DNA of 64,000 bases from Octopus vulgaris (Eukaryota), in NCBI GenBank assembly GCA_951406725.2, contig OX597815.1, positions 48,484,001 to 48,548,000 on the forward strand, read 5' to 3'. Of the stretch, positions 50,895 through 64,000 are shown piece by piece; the first letter of the stretch is position 1; each line of letters begins with the position of its first letter. The translations under genes were made by a program, and so were the position numbers. The notes under the pieces were generated by a model. That model searched no databases. It was not told the origin of the DNA and worked only from the letters and a program-made list of their open reading frames with translations.

Positions 50895-51690
50895 ATATGC
50901 ATGGCTGAGTGGTAGGAAGTTTGTTTCCCGATCACGTGGTTCTGGATTCAGTCCCACTACATGGAACTTTGTGCAAGTGATTTCTACTACAGCCCCAGGC
51001 CAACCAAAGCCTTGTGAGTGGATTTGGTAGACAGACAGTGAAAGAAGACCATCACACTCACACACACACATATATAAATACTCTTTAACTTGTTTCAGTC
51101 ATTTCACTGTAGCCATGCTGGAGCACCGCCTTTAGTCGAGCAAATCGACCCCAGGATTTATTCTTTGTAAGCCTACTACTTATTCTATCGGTCTCTTTTG
51201 CTGAACCGCTAAGTTATGGGGATGTAAGCATACAGCATTGGTTATCAAGTGATGTTGGGGGGATAAACACAGACACACAAACACACACATACACACACAC
51301 ACACACATATACATATATAGGATGAGCTTCTTTCAGTTTCCATCTACCAAATCCACTCACAAGGCTTTGGTCGGCACGAGGCTATAGTAGAAGAAACTTG
51401 CCCAAGGTGCCATGCAGTTGGACTGAACCTGGAACCATGTGGTTGGTGAGCAAGCTACTTACTACACAGCCACTCCTACGCCTATCAATGCATGTATGTC
51501 TTTGTGTTTGTCTACCACTGCTGCTTGACAGCTGGTGTTGGTTTGTTTATGTCGCTGCTACTTAGTGGTTCAGCTAAAAAAGACTGATGGAATAAAATCC
51601 AGGTTTAGAAAAAAACAATAAATAAGAACTGGCAGGGATTTGTTCAACTAAAGCCCTTCAAGACTGAAACAAATAAAAGATAAAAGATAT
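50895..51690. mobile_element. Nested SINE family A: plus copy (50895-51070 and 51495-51690) split by a minus copy (51080-51483)
   Basis: Order is plus-strand 5' half, complete minus-strand copy, then plus-strand 3' half. Confidence 0.8.
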
Positions 51691-52042
51691 GTTTATGTGT
51701 AAGTCAGTATAGATTTATGTGAATGTGTGCATGTATACACATATATAATAGTATTTCATAAACTTTGTCCTCTCTATCTTAGAAAATACATGTATGTGTA
51801 TGTATATGTATGTGTGTGTATATGTATGTGTGTGTGTTTTATGTGTTTATGTGTATGCATGTTTGTCCATGTTTGGTGCAATAAATGGAAGAACAAGCAC
51901 TCATTACATGCAGTAGAGTCTACACGTTTGGATGATCATTCAGTCCATTGCTACTCAGAGTTTCTCCATTACATCAATTTTAATTACACATGGCGAAAAA
52001 ACACTCTCTCTTTCTCTTTCTCTATACATTTGGGTGCAGTGC

Positions 52043-52075
<33 letters not shown>

Positions 52076-52221
52076 TGTATGTATGTATGTATGTATATAT
52101 ATATGTATATATACATATATATATACATATATATACATACACACAAAAATACAGTCTCCAAAGGGTGTTTTCTTATTAATTTGAGTATGCTGAAGTGCAT
52201 ACCACGATTGTATGTTTATAT

Positions 52222-52282
<61 letters not shown>

Positions 52283-52354
52283 AATGCATGTGTGTGTATA
52301 CATACATGTATGTATATGTGTGTGTATGAGTATATATATGTGTATGTTTGTATG

Positions 52355-52402
<48 letters not shown>

Positions 52403-53471
52403 AAGATATATATAATTCCTGTCTGTAAGTCAGTAATCGTGAGCATATGTACTTGAAAAACAGTAATGGAGAGCACACATGTATATGTTTGTACCACATG
52501 TCATTAATCATCCTTTAACAACATACTACATCATGAATGCAGATGCACAGATGAAAATACATGTATACATGTTAATGCTCAAATGCACAAGTACATGCAT
52601 GTAAGTGCATACCACATCACAAATGCACCCATATTTCTGCTTAAATGCACATGGGCATGCATGCAAATGCATACTGCATTGTAAATATAGATATATGCAA
52701 GTGAATGCATACACATTAATACTCAAATGTATTAGTAGATACATCTACACACGTTAAATGAAATGTACACTTAAAGTTAGATACACAGTTGTGACTATTA
52801 TTATTATTATTGTCATTAGCTTCATTATCATCATTTTCATTGACTTCCAATTTGTGTTTATCTTTGCTTGAAAGGGAAACTATTCTGATAGCTTTTTTTC
52901 ATTTTATCCTTAGGTGAACTGGTTTAATTTTTGATAAGTCAGCCTATCTGGTTTCAAATTACATGAAGAAATGTTGTTCCTTTAAGGAGCATGTAGAAAC
53001 AGTCATATCTCTTCTGTTTACACTCTTGTATGCTGCCATTAGGATGTGGCATTTTGTTGTAGTTCACAAATTTTATCTTGCTTCCCATTTATTTAAGGCT
53101 TTGCTTCCTTTGAGTCTCCAGATGTATTGGGACAGTGATGTATAATTAAATTTGCCTTTGGATTTGTAGAAATTCATGAGCTGTATGCACCAAAACTATC
53201 TACAATAGTTATAAGATCTTTATATACAAGCACTTTTGATGGGTGTGTCTACAGCTGATGCCATCAGAATATCAAACTAACCATGGCAAACTTCTTTAAT
53301 ACAACACTAAATTCAAAATTACATAGACCATTAGAGAAACCTAATAGCATCCCAACCCACATCTATATCATCCAACCTCTCACTGAACAGTGCTAAATAT
53401 GATTCCATAAGCATCAACAAGAAGCTGAAGCTCAGCACCTTACTTTCCATAGAGTCACACTTTACAAGAGT

Positions 53472-53778
53472 GGGGGCACATGGCCTAGTGGTTAGAGCAG
53501 TGGACTCACAGTCAAAGGATCACAGATTTGAATCTCAGACCAGGCAATGTGTGTGTTAATGAGCGAAACACCTAAGCTCCACGTGGCTCCAGCAGAAAGT
53601 AATGGTGAACTTCTGCTGACTCTTTCGCCACAACTTTCTCTCACTCTTTCCTCCTGCATCTTCCAGCTCACCTGCGACGGACCGGTGTCCCGTCCAGGTG
53701 GGGAACCTATATGCCAAGGAAACTGGAAAACTGGCTCTTATGAGCCAGGCATGGCTTGAGAAGGACCAAAAAAAAAAA
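53472..53778 (+). mobile_element. CORE-type SINE, full length, with A-tail and TSD
   Basis: A-box TGGCCTAGTGG; homologous to 28154. Flanks ACA(C/T)TTTACAAG at ~53457 and ~53778. Confidence 0.82.
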
Positions 53779-54261
53779 CATTTTACAAGGTCACAGAGTT
53801 CTTCAATGAAGCACTAACCATAGCTGATGTAAAGAAATATTTCAGAGGTCCCAAATAGTTAATAGCGGCTGCAAAATTTTATACTGTCTTATCTACACTA
53901 CATATCATTGATGTTGAAATGTGTTTCAAAATCTAACAATGAAGAAATCTTTTACCTTTTACTTATTTATTTAGGGGCATGGCCTTTAAGGGTTTAGTCA
54001 AAGAAATCAATTCCAGTATATATTTTTAAAGTCTGGTACTTATATTTTGCTGTTATGCTGAGTTACAGAAACATAAGTGAACCGAAGATTCAGGGATTAT
54101 TAAACTGGAGTGAATTATCAGTTACTTGTTATCAGCCTGCTGATGTGTGTAGTTGAATAAAAAGCTGACTGAGGAAAACTGTGGCTTGGATGCGTAATGC
54201 TTTGTACGTTACAAATGAAGAAATATATATATCAAACTGTCATCTGAAGTTGATCTAATAG

Positions 54262-54548
54262 GTTGGTACTTATTCTGTTGGTCTCTTTTGCTAAACTGCT
54301 AAGTTATGGGGATGCAAACAAACACCAGTTATCAAGCAGTGGTGGTGGTGGTTTGGGGGGGCAAACACAAAGACACATACACACACATGATAGGCTTCTC
54401 TCAGTTTCTATTTACCAAATTCACTCACAAGGTTTTGGTCAGCCCGGGGCTATAGTAGAAGACACTTGCCTAAGGTGCCATGCAGTGGAACTGAATCCAG
54501 AACCATGTGGTTGAGTTGGGAAGCGAACTTCTTACTATGCAGCCATAT
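54262..54548 (-). mobile_element. SINE family A
   Basis: Homologous to the other family A copies. Confidence 0.8.
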
Positions 54549-56008
54549 CTTTGCTTATGTGAAGAAAATCGTATCATATATCTTTGAGTAAAGGAATTGA
54601 TGAATTTTAATTAATTAATCAAATCTGTACTAGAGTCTAAGATTTAGCACTTCTCTAAGAATACTGGAATTAAATCCTTGAGACCAAGTATGCCGATAAG
54701 AACAACTGCAGAAACAACACATTTGATTTACTCAAGATCAGAATTAATGTACAAAACCTCTCAAACAGTTTTTTAACTTACAATCAAAGAAGATGACAGA
54801 GGATTGAGAAACATGGCACAATTTTGTACTTGAGAAGACCTGCCCACCACAACAGAATTGAGATCCTAAAAGCAAGGTGCCATGTAAAAATCTTTGGTGT
54901 TGGTGCTGGTACCACTTAAAGGGCACTGGTGATGGTGCCACTTAAATCCAGTGCATTCTGTCAAGTGGTGCCAAAATTTGTGCCTTGTGCCAAAATTTGT
55001 GTCCTGTACTAAAATTTGAAAACCATTATTTCAACACATTTGGGAAACAAATCTGATTATGTTTTGGTTTTATTAAACCTTTTTAGTAAAGCATAGCTTC
55101 CATAGTACTTGTTGAAGTAATGAATTACTAAGTAGCCATGCGATATTGTTAGGAAAAAAGAGAATATTTCTTTGAATATATCACTGATATTAATTACCCA
55201 GAAATGGCATTAGCATATTACGTTATATACAAATTTATATTAATATTAATTATTGCATAAGTAAAGCTATACATTACATGATTTTCCGGAATCTAATATA
55301 AAATTGGATGTTACCGTGAGTTATATTTGGTACAATTGGAATGTAAAGAAAGTAGTGTGTCAACTGTCTCCCCCAAAAGTGGTATGATATGATCTATAGA
55401 GCTATATGACTCATGCACATAAATATATATTCTTGTACACTGTCGTAGGCAACTGCTGCTGCTGCCAAAACCACCACCAACAACATCATCCTCATGACTC
55501 CCCCCACACACACCACCATCTTCACCACCCTCACTGCCATCTTCATGATCATATTCATTACCACAATCATATTCCTTGACATCCTTCCCCTGCCCCCTTT
55601 TCCTCTGCATCCCTATCATGATCATCATCTTTGAAATCCTTGTATTCTCAAAACTTAGCAAAAGAGTAAGGTGAGACTCACAAAAGCAAGTGTATCTCCC
55701 CTTCCTTGTTATTTACCTTGATTTAATGTGTCATCTCAATTTACAAATGACATTATTGTCAGATTTGTGAAATACATTTCACCACACTGTAATAGGCAAC
55801 ACCTGAAAATAGCATGCAATAACTATGTTAGATGGGAATTATCTTTCAGTAGGGGTTTGTAGCCACTGAGCTACACACCAGTACCAAGCTATGGATCATT
55901 TGGTACCAAAGTGCACTGAATGAATAAATTTAAAAATTTATTTTATTGTCTATTGCAGTCTGAGGGTTATTAGCATTAAATATGTAATATATATAATATA
56001 TATATCTA

Positions 56009-56105
<97 letters not shown>

Positions 56106-56116
56106 GTCTGTCTGTC

Positions 56117-56151
<35 letters not shown>

Positions 56152-56308
56152 CCCTATACAACAGTTTTACAATTGTGAAATTTTCAAATTTGAAGAATTT
56201 CGGTATTAGTCTGGAATTCAACAATATTGATAGCCTAGAGCTCAGGTTGAGTACTTCTCTGGAAATACTCTACCTTTATACCCTACCAGGACCACACACA
56301 CACACACA

Positions 56309-56340
<32 letters not shown>

Positions 56341-56379
56341 TACACACACACACACATGTATATATATATATATACATAT

Positions 56380-56572
56380 CAAGCAATGGGTGGTAGGGAC
56401 AAACACAGACATATGACAGGCTTCTTTTCAGTTTCTCCTCACCAAATTGATTCACAAGGCTTTGGTAAACGCAAAGCTATAGTAGAAGAAACTTGCCCAA
56501 GGTGCTATGCAGTAGGACCCAAACCTGGAACCATATGGCTCAGAAGGAATCTTCTTACCACACAGCCATGAC
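56380..56572 (-). mobile_element. SINE family A, partial
   Basis: Homologous to the family A head region. Confidence 0.7.
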
Positions 56573-56659
56573 TGTATACATGTATACACACACACACGCA
56601 CACATATGAATTACAAATGTAATTTATATGTATTATATAGTGAAGTGTAGTGTTTCCTT

Positions 56660-56889
56660 CCATGCCAGGCTCATAAGGGTTTCCCGGTTTCAGTGGTGAA
56701 TAAATTCCCCAGCTGGATGGGATGCTGATCCTTCGCAGGATTACTAATTTTTGCCAGCTGAGTGGACTGGAGCAACGTGAAAAGAAGTGTTTTACTCAAG
56801 AACACAACGCATCGCCCAGTTCAGGAATCGAAACCACACTCTTACAATCATGAGTCCAACACCCTAACCACTAAGCCACGAGTCTCCAC
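56660..56889 (-). mobile_element. CORE-type SINE
   Basis: Reverse complement of the 27938 type (GGAATCGAAACC B-box; CCCTAACCACTAAGCCACG A-box). Confidence 0.8.
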
Positions 56890-57254
56890 AGGTATTATAT
56901 AAATGATAATTAAATTATATATTATGCACTTTATTGCATTTTGCTATGTGCATGATTCCTGCTCCATGGAAAAATTGCCTTGCATGAAAGCAGTCCTTAG
57001 TGTGAGAAAATGCTGGGAACTGCTAGCATATGTTATGTGACGACATTGTAGACACATAACACATACTTGTATGTGACACCATAAAGTAAGAAATCATTGT
57101 AATCTTAAAACATTAAACAAAAAACGTTGGGTGCGATGTTGTTCTATGACTATTGTTGAGGGTAAAAGACTGTTTACATGGCACTGATGTCAGCAATTGT
57201 TTTATTAACTTTACCCCACCCATCTTTATGGCTTTTGCATGTGATGTGTGGATG

Positions 57255-57710
57255 CTGGTGGTGGTGGTGGTGGTTGTAATGGTGGTTGTTGTAGTAGTGG
57301 TAGTGGTCTTGCTGCTGTTTGAAGTAGGGGTTGTGTTGGTTGTGGTGGTGGTAGTGGTGTTGGTGTCGGTGGTAGTAGTGGTGGTGATAATAGTGGTATT
57401 TGGGGTTGTGGTGATGGTGGTGGTAGTGGTCTTGTTGGTGTTGGAAGTGGTGGCTGTGGTGGTGATAGTGGTGAAGGTGGTGATAGTGGAGGTGATGATG
57501 GTAGTATTGGTGGTAATGATTGTGGTGGTGATGGAGGTGGTAATGATGATGATTGTGTTGGTGATGGATATCGTGGTTGTGGTGGTGGAAGTGGTGATGA
57601 TGATAGCAGTGATGGTGACTGTGGTAGTGGTGGTGATGATGGTAGTAGTGTCGGTGATGATAATGGTGGTTATGGTAATTGTGGTTGTGACAGTGGTAGT
57701 GGTGGTAGCT
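57255..57710. repeat. Degenerate (GGT/GAT/AGT)n trinucleotide tract
   Basis: Seen directly; gives poly-Thr and poly-Val ORFs on opposite strands. Confidence 0.9.
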
Positions 57711-58599
57711 GCAAATGCATCATCATTTGTTTTGTGATGTATGTAGACAATAAGGGGAAGATGGGCAGATGAGGTGAAGACAGCCAGCATCATTTGTTTT
57801 GAGAACAATTCTTTAGATGCTGGAGCCAAAACAGAATTAAAACAACTAAATTTCTTCATGATTATCTTAAAATAATATTTCTTTTTATTTGAATGATAAA
57901 TGTATTTGAGCTTGACAGCAGGATATCAAGAACATGATACCAAGAACAACACTACAACCACGACCAATACCTAGAAACCATAAAAATTTGCTGCCAGTTC
58001 TACCATCACCACTATCACAATCACACTTCATGACTTTGAAGGGATTAAAAGCAAAAATGAGCTCAGCAGGATTTGAACTCAGAACATAAAGCGTTGTAAG
58101 AAATGCAACAAAGCATTTTGCCTGATGTTGTAACAATTCTACCAGTTGGCTGCTTTAAGGACAATGATAATGATTTCAAATTTTGGCACAAGGCCAGCAA
58201 TTTCAGGGAAGTAGGTAAGTCAGTTACATTGACCCAAGTGTTCAACTGGTACCCAGTGAAAGCTGGGCACCGTGGTCACTCATCTTTGTCTGTTTGGCTG
58301 TGTTTGCAAAATTACTGGAAAATGGCTGAATAGATTTTCACCAAATATAGCAGAAATACTCATTAGGTAAGTGGCTCAAGATGATGAAAAGTTGGTTCGA
58401 TGATCTTCAAAACTAGTGGATGGGTGAATCAAAATGTTTTGATTTTTTGTGAAAGAATTTATGTGCACACAGGATATGCATCATTTTGGCATGTTCGCAG
58501 CACAAGAATCTATTACTAGTACATATGTGTATTAAATGCTATTTGTCTCTCACCAGATGGAATACCTTTTTTGTTGATCTTACCATCACGGAATAGTAC

Positions 58600-58634
<35 letters not shown>

Positions 58635-58684
58635 CTTTGAATATATCACTGTCATCATTTGAATATATCATTTGAATATATCAT

Positions 58685-59362
58685 TGTCATCATTGTTTAA
58701 TGTCCACTTGCCATGCTGGTGTAGGTTTGATGGTTTATCTGAGGACTAGTAAGCCAATAAGCTGCACCAGGCTCCAATCTGATCTGGCAAGGTTTCTACA
58801 GCTGGATGCCTTTCCTAACGTCAACTACTCTGATAGTGTATTGGGTGCTTTTGACATGCCATTGGCATGGGAGCTAGTCAGGGGACACTAGCATTGACCA
58901 TGTTCAGATGGTGCTTTTTATAGGCCACCAGTACAGGAGCCAGTCAGGGGGCACTGGTGTCGACCATGTTCACATGGTGCTTTTTATGTGCCACCAGTAT
59001 AGGGAGCCACTCAGGTGGTGCTATCACTGATCCACACTTGAATAGTGCTTATTACATGCCACCAGCACAGGTGCCAGTCAGGCGGCATTGGTCATGACTA
59101 CGATCTTGATTTCACTTGACTCAACAGATCTTCGCAAACACATATCACCCAGTGCTTCAAGGGTACTTTTAAATAGGCCAATAATGCAACACTGGCATCG
59201 GCTATGGCTGCAATCTCACTTAAATTGCTAGGTCTTCTCAATCACAGCATATCTCCAAAGGTCTCGGTCTCTTGTCATTGCCACTGTGAGGCCCAAAGTT
59301 TGAAGGTCATGCTTCACCACTTCATCCCATGTCTTCCTGAGTCTACCTCTTCCACAAGTTCC
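58685..59362 (-). mobile_element. RTE LINE 3' fragment (ORF2 end plus 3' UTR)
   Basis: Minus translation TCGRGRLRKTWDEVVKHDLQTLGLTVAMTRDRDLWRYAV. Homologous to 18050-18730. Confidence 0.85.
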
Positions 59363-61680
59363 AATATATATCTCATTTGATTAGACCCTCGTCTATGTGT
59401 GTATAGATCATGGTGCAACTATGCACATAGACTATGTGGGTACATACATACATACATACATGCATAAATGCATACATAGAGATGTAATTTTGTGTGTGTG
59501 TGTGTCTACAGTGATGGATTCAAGGGTTTTGTTTATTTATGAGTTGATTTCTTAATTTCACCAGAGTATAAATAGCTATAATGGTGATACTTAAAAAAAA
59601 AAATCAAATCAAATCAAATCAAACTTACAAATTTCCTGATAAGTAAATGATCACATTATTTATACTCTACAATAAACTACAGTATTTTTGATTCACCTGC
59701 CATCATTGAAGGACATTGAAAACACTTCTTAAATTCTATGCAATATTTTCTTTAAGTATTTCATTTTGTTCACTTTCTTTTTCATAATCATGATTATTAT
59801 TTGAATAATAATTAACTTAGTCATATGCAAATTATTATTTGAATAATCATTTATTTTGTCATATGCAAATTTTACTCATAAAAGTCTACTTTTAGCTGCT
59901 ATCTACTTAGGCTTCTAATCTTCTTTTAATCAAACACTTACAAAGCTTAATTCAGTTCAAGTAAAAAGCATGGGTAAGCAATGCATTGTAAGCTACACTA
60001 TAATTTTTGAAAAAATTTATCTGTGCGCCCTCTAATGCCTTTTTTTTTTACGTTATCAACCTTTTTGCTGTGTGTGCAAACATACATTTATACACACACA
60101 CACACAGACAGACAGCCAGACAGACACACACACACACACATACACACACACATCATTTGAAAAAAGTTAAAACATAGTCTGGTTTTCGTTTTTTATTATT
60201 ATATTTAAAAAATTTTTTCTTACAATGTTGAAGTGTGTTAAACATTAAAAAACATTTTGTAATGTTCATAAAGTTCAGTTAGTGCTTTCTTACGTTCGTA
60301 GTAATCAACAGATTTCAAAATATATTTAACTGACAGTTGAGTTCTTGACAACTGTAGTAAAATGACTGACTTCTTCCTTTTTATACCTCTTAGAAAGCTC
60401 CACTAAGCTGGGTTTTTGGAATATGATTTTGACCAATCTGCATGCAGCATATATATATATACGTATATATGTACATGTATGTATGTATGTATGTATGTAT
60501 GTATGTATATATATATGCGTGTATGTATGTATGTGTGAGTGTGCATGTGTGTGTATATATAATTTGCATCATCCAATAGTATTGAGGTATTTTAATAATA
60601 GGGACACGAAGGTAGACTCAAGAAAAGTGTACTCATATATCAACAATGTATATGGACACTCACGTACTTAGTAGCGTATATATGAATTTGATCAGCAATA
60701 AAAAACATGTCTGAAACAGCTGTAGTGAACCTCAGCCCATTTGCTTTGATATATATATATATATCTCTCTATATATATACACATACACACACAAATACAC
60801 ACAAATCATATTATATAGTAAATGGAAGGAAAGGATGCACAAATGCCCCAATGATTAATACCAGCCTACTGTACCTACCTACCTCCTCCTATGAAGACAA
60901 ACGAAAACGTAGTTGGAGTCTATTTAAAACAAGCACTGAAAGACAACTTCCCTCTTCCCTCTTCATCTTTCCCTCTTCTTCTTTGCCCTTTCCTCTTCTC
61001 TCAATACATTAACCATTATTTTCTTCCGTAAAAAAAGGATTTATTGTTTTTGCCATTGTCGTTTATGTAATTGTTGTTGTTGTTGAACTTAATCATTCAA
61101 CACTGCGCATTTCTTTCTTGCAATGAACATTATAGCATTCCAATGAGCAGAAAGACTCCGTGGATGTGTTATTATATCCCACTTTCTTTCTTTCACTTTC
61201 TTTCTTACTTTCTTTCTTTCACTTCTAGAATTTAAATTCTTACTTAGTTAAAAACTTTAAGGAAAAGTGTCTCAGGTGGCAGCTGTTTCTAACTTCTTTC
61301 TTTCTAGAAAGTTCGTCAAATTATTGCCTTTATTGTTAAAACACCTGATTTATTTTTCTGCATTGCAGCTTACCATTACAATTCTTTTTTTACTATTGCA
61401 GAAGGTTAACGATTCTTGGAACAGTATTTTCATTTAGTTCTGCATTTACACACACACACACACTCTCTCACTCTCTCTTTCTCTCTCTAACTTCTTATCT
61501 CTCTCTCTCTCTCACATATACACTCATCTGTCTCAGAAATATTAACGCAAATACATACATAGGTACTTGCATATACATTTATAAATACGTACATATGTAT
61601 ATATGATATGTAACATATATCACATACTTGTCACCTTATCACATATGTATCATATCTATGTGTATATATGTGTGTGCATA

Positions 61681-62988
61681 TGTGACATCAAAAAGTTTCT
61701 GGACTAGTTATGTTCAATAAAAATAAAACTCATTTACCTAGGTTTTAATATCATCTCTTTTGAAATAGTCATCTTGTGTTCCAGTACACCAGTCCCAGTG
61801 TTACTGCTACCTTTGGAACACCCAGTGTTCCTGTTACCTTTGGAAGTCGTTTTCAGTAAGTGAGTCGAGGACCTTTAGTGATTCTCTCTTGATCTTGATA
61901 ATGATGTTAGAATAGCAACCTTTGAACTGCATTTTCATCCAGGGGAAGAGATGGAAGTTCGCAGGTGCTAAATCTGGTGAATAAGGTGGCTGTGGAAGTG
62001 ATACCATGTTGTTTTTCCTGAAAAGCTTACGAGTGAGGAAAGCTTAGTGACAGAGTGCATCCTTGTCTTGAAAGACCCAATCCTTAATGCTCCACAGATC
62101 CGGTCACTTTTGATGAATGCCCTCCCTCAAACTCTTCAAAACATCACAGTAGAACTCTTGATTGATGGTCTGGCTCTGGGAGACACATTTTCATGCACAA
62201 TACTGCGGATGTAAAATAATATGATGAGCCTGCTCATGATTGAGCTGTGGCTTTGCTATGCCTTTTTCAGTCATGGAAATGAAGGCTTCTTCTATTGTGA
62301 TAACTGCTGCCTCATCTCAGAGTTATACCCAGAGACTCAACTGGTGATGATCTTTGACATGAAGGATGGGTCATCAGCGGCATGCTGATAGAAAGCTTGA
62401 CAGATCTTGACACGATGTTCTTTCTGCTCAGTGGTCAGTAGATTGGTGACAAACTTGACAGAAAGATACTGCATCTTCAGTTCAGACATTAGGATTACCT
62501 GCACGGACCCATACAACAGACCAGCAACATCAGCAGTGTCGATGATTGTCCTCTGCTGATCTTCATGTGCAGGCTAGTGAGTTTTCTCCACATTTCTGGG
62601 GTGACGCTTGTGGCAAGTCTTCTAGATCGCTTATCAATTATCCAGGGACGGTCTTCTGCTTTTGAAGCAACTGTGTCACTTGAAACATTGCATATGGCCC
62701 ATTGTCTCATCGCTGTAAGCTTACTGAAGCATGCTCAATATCTCTGTAGCAGACATTCCAAGTTTAATGCAAAAATTTCATGTTGGTTCTTTGTTCTTGT
62801 CCATGACAAAATCACAGATTATAGAATATACATGTTCACAAAAACACAAATGTCATAACTTGTAAAATAAGTCACTTGGCACACATCCTCATGAAGGTCA
62901 CTGCTAGCTCTCATTGCACACACAACTGTGTGCTGCCATTTGTTGGTGTGCTACAGAACTAGTCTAGGAAATTCTTGATACTACCTCG
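61681..62988 (-). mobile_element. Full-length (~1.3 kb) decayed mariner transposon
   Basis: TIRs ATCAAAAAGTTTCTGGACTAGT / ACTAGTCTAGGAAATTCTTGATACTACCTCG|TA. Minus translation LPQPPYSPDLAPANFHLFPWMK, WVSGYNSEMRQQLSQ, ASKAEDRPWII. Stops and frameshifts present. Confidence 0.88.
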
Positions 62989-63492
62989 TATGTATGCATG
63001 TGTGTACTTAATAAATAAAAAAAGTCTTTTATTTCTGATATTTTTTCAGATCAAATAAAAGGCATCCACTTTACTTTTAATATTTGGAGTTAAGAACTTT
63101 GTATCAATTAGAAATATATACTCAAAGAAGCGCTGGAAATCATTCTGGTCAAAACTTACAATGCACCACAGGAAAAGAAGTTTGGCAGCCAACTTTATTA
63201 TGTCTTTGCTTTAAAATCTTTCTTTTTGATATGAGTTCAGAATTCGAAATATTATATGCAAAGTGGATGTTATTCATTTCATATAGAAGCAAATTAAACC
63301 CTCAGAGTATGACATGTAAGTTTTCTCACTACAAATTGATTGGCACTCCCCCATCACACACATAATGAATGAGAAAAAAAAACAAGAAAAAGACATAATG
63401 AGAGTGACAAGTTTTAACAAAGGTGTTATTTGTATATCATTTGAAAAGAAAGGGAAGACAAAGTATAACTTGAGAAGAAATCTGAATATTAG

Positions 63493-63915
63493 GCATAGGA
63501 GTGGCTGTGTGGTAAGTAGCATGCTTACTAGCCACATGGTTCTGGGTTCAGTCCCACTGCGTAACACCTTGGGCAAGTGTCTTCTACTATAGCCTCGGGC
63601 CGACCAAAGCATTGTGAGTGGATTTGGTAGACGGAAACTGAAAGAAGCCCATCATATATATGTAAATATATATGTATGTGTGTGTGTATATATGTTTGTG
63701 TGTCTGTGTTTGTCACACCAACATCACTTGACAACCGATGCTGTTGTGTCTACGTCTCTGTAACTTAGTGGTTCGGCAAAATAGACCGATAGAACAAGTA
63801 CTAGGCTTACAAAGAATAAGTCCTGGGGTCGATTTGCTTTACTAAAGGTGGTGCTCCAGCATGGCCACAGTCAAATGACTGAAACAAGTAAAAGAGTAAA
63901 AGAGTAAAGAGTAAA
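63493..63915 (+). mobile_element. SINE family A, full length
   Basis: A-box TGGCTGTGTGG, B-box GGTTCAGTCCC, internal TA/TG repeat, (GTAAAAGA)n tail. Confidence 0.9.
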
Positions 63916-64000
63916 ATTAGAGAAATTAGAGTATGTAAGTACGAGAATGTGGGCGGTGTCAATTGTAAATGAAGGTGCCAACAGATTCAAGTAGATGAAG

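Noticed and set aside
55311-55661. Possible minus-strand exon ending at CG|GTAA
   Set aside because: The upstream part is low-complexity GAT/GGT sequence, there is no polypyrimidine acceptor, and the peptide is not recognisable.
57113-57859. 248-aa Thr-rich, mucin-like ORF
   Set aside because: Arises from a degenerate (ACC)n trinucleotide tract that is also open on the other strand. No clear signal peptide, domain or splice support.

Overview
AT-rich eukaryotic DNA made almost entirely of transposable-element remnants and microsatellites. The SINE and RTE repeat families look like those of an octopus (coleoid cephalopod) genome; this is recognition from memory, not a database check. I found no supportable host protein-coding gene, tRNA, rRNA or CRISPR array, and most ORFs in the track are translated microsatellites. 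Recognisable elements are: RTE LINE fragments; a Gypsy integrase/LTR remnant; R4/Dong-type restriction-like-endonuclease (RLE) retrotransposon fragments; several Penelope-like elements (PLEs), one with a ~437-codon open RT plus GIY-YIG frame, carrying hammerhead-ribozyme (HHR) motifs; two mariners; non-autonomous Helitrons; Tc1/pogo-, hAT- and piggyBac-type MITEs; and three tRNA-derived SINE families. The most striking pattern is that retroelements sort by microsatellite type. HHR-bearing PLE ends sit in (TA)n, often as back-to-back pairs. Dong-like elements and a non-coding ~530-bp element form an array in (TAA)n. A separate R4-like family sits in (CATA)n/(TATG)n and carries that same repeat in its own 3' UTR.
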